From: a virus
Lineage: Duplodnaviria; Caudoviricetes
Reading direction: 5' to 3' (one strand)
IMG/VR virus record: IMGVR_UViG_3300021185_001220
Span: 1-24,419 of that record
Length of the DNA stretch: 24,419 nucleotides
Part shown: piece after piece, positions 23,934 through 24,419 of the stretch
Position numbering within the stretch: the stretch's first letter is position 1
Layout: every line of letters begins with the position of its first letter
Program-made: the position numbers and the translations under genes
Notes under the pieces: generated by a model
Database searches by the model: none
What the model saw: only the letters and a program-made list of their open reading frames with translations
Told to the model about the DNA's origin: nothing

Positions 23934-24419
23934 TTGAGAAAACGTAATTACCTTAATAATAAGGACATATTGTCAGAAATCCATAAATCTAAGAACACTT
24001 TTAATAGTTATGTGGAATCTACGTATCATCAGTACGATTTGATACTATTAGATGTAGCTAAAATTAATAGACTGACAATCGCAGAAGCAAAAAGAGCAAA
24101 AGCAAAAAGACTCAGTTCAGCTGAATATGAGAGACGTAAAATGGCCGGCGAAAAGGTCAAACAAGCTGAGTGTGAAGTTGATTGGAAAAAGATAACAAAG
24201 GAAGAACTAATCTTCCGTGTTATGACATTTGATCATATTCCAGAAGAACCAGGACGTAAGAAAAATCCTAAAACTATAGCAGACACTAAGACTAAACTTA
24301 ACTTTCCACCATTTCATCATTACAAATTTAATGACGAAGGTGATCTTATTTTAGTTGGTAAAAGTCATTGGGTCGGTGGTATGGACAACGGACACTTTGA
24401 CAAGACACACGGCAAAGCA
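23934..24419 (+). CDS. gp55: Probable late-transcription sigma factor, T4 gp55-like (first 162 codons; 3' end outside the window)
   Basis: Open frame to the edge: MRKRNYLNNKDILSEIHKSKNTF...LIFRVMTFDHIPEEPGRKKNPK...VGKSHWVGGMDNGHFDKTHGKA. NYLNNKDIL resembles the gp55 N-terminal NYVNNKELL motif. The conserved sigma-2 core is not within the window, so the CDS is solid but the product call is less certain. Confidence 0.65.
   Translation, partial: MRKRNYLNNKDILSEIHKSKNTFNSYVESTYHQYDLILLDVAKINRLTIAEAKRAKAKRLSSAEYERRKMAGEKVKQAECEVDWKKITKEELIFRVMTFDHIPEEPGRKKNPKTIADTKTKLNFPPFHHYKFNDEGDLILVGKSHWVGGMDNGHFDKTHGKA

Larger units (their letters stand above)
1..24419. other. Segment of a large T4-like myophage genome: baseplate module plus late sigma factor gene
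   Basis: gp53/hub/gp5/gp25/gp6/gp7-like genes in series, a gp55-like gene, TAAATA late-promoter cores, almost no intergenic DNA, and no bacterial housekeeping genes. Confidence 0.9.

Noticed and set aside
1-24419. CRISPR arrays, tRNAs, DGR template/variable repeats, introns/inteins, intrinsic terminators
   Set aside because: None recognised by eye. Intergenic gaps are at most ~85 nt and have no GC-rich hairpin with a U tract. A dot-plot or covariance search was not possible, so subtle cases are not excluded.

Overview
AT-rich phage DNA with the baseplate module of a large T4-like (contractile-tail) phage. Seven tightly coupled minus-strand genes run in this order: tube-fold initiator/cap, gp53-like wedge protein, gp27-like hub fused to an M15 peptidase, gp5-like spike with a C-terminal lambda-type muramidase, gp25, gp6, and a giant gp7-like wedge/adhesin gene of >4,255 codons. 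That last gene starts at 12766, runs off the left edge, and is absent from the ORF track. A divergent gp55-like late sigma factor starts at 23934, runs off the right edge, and is also absent from the track. Most notable: (i) a bipartite motif AACTACRTACWTAA-N10-TAAATA in both long intergenic gaps, one copy interdigitated with a perfect TTGACA-N17-TATAAT promoter driving the late-sigma gene, suggesting an extended late promoter plus an autoregulatory switch; (ii) nested domain architecture in the giant protein; (iii) two complementary peptidoglycan hydrolases on hub and spike. No tRNA, rRNA, CRISPR array or IS element was seen. All calls come from manual translation and motif recognition, not database searches.
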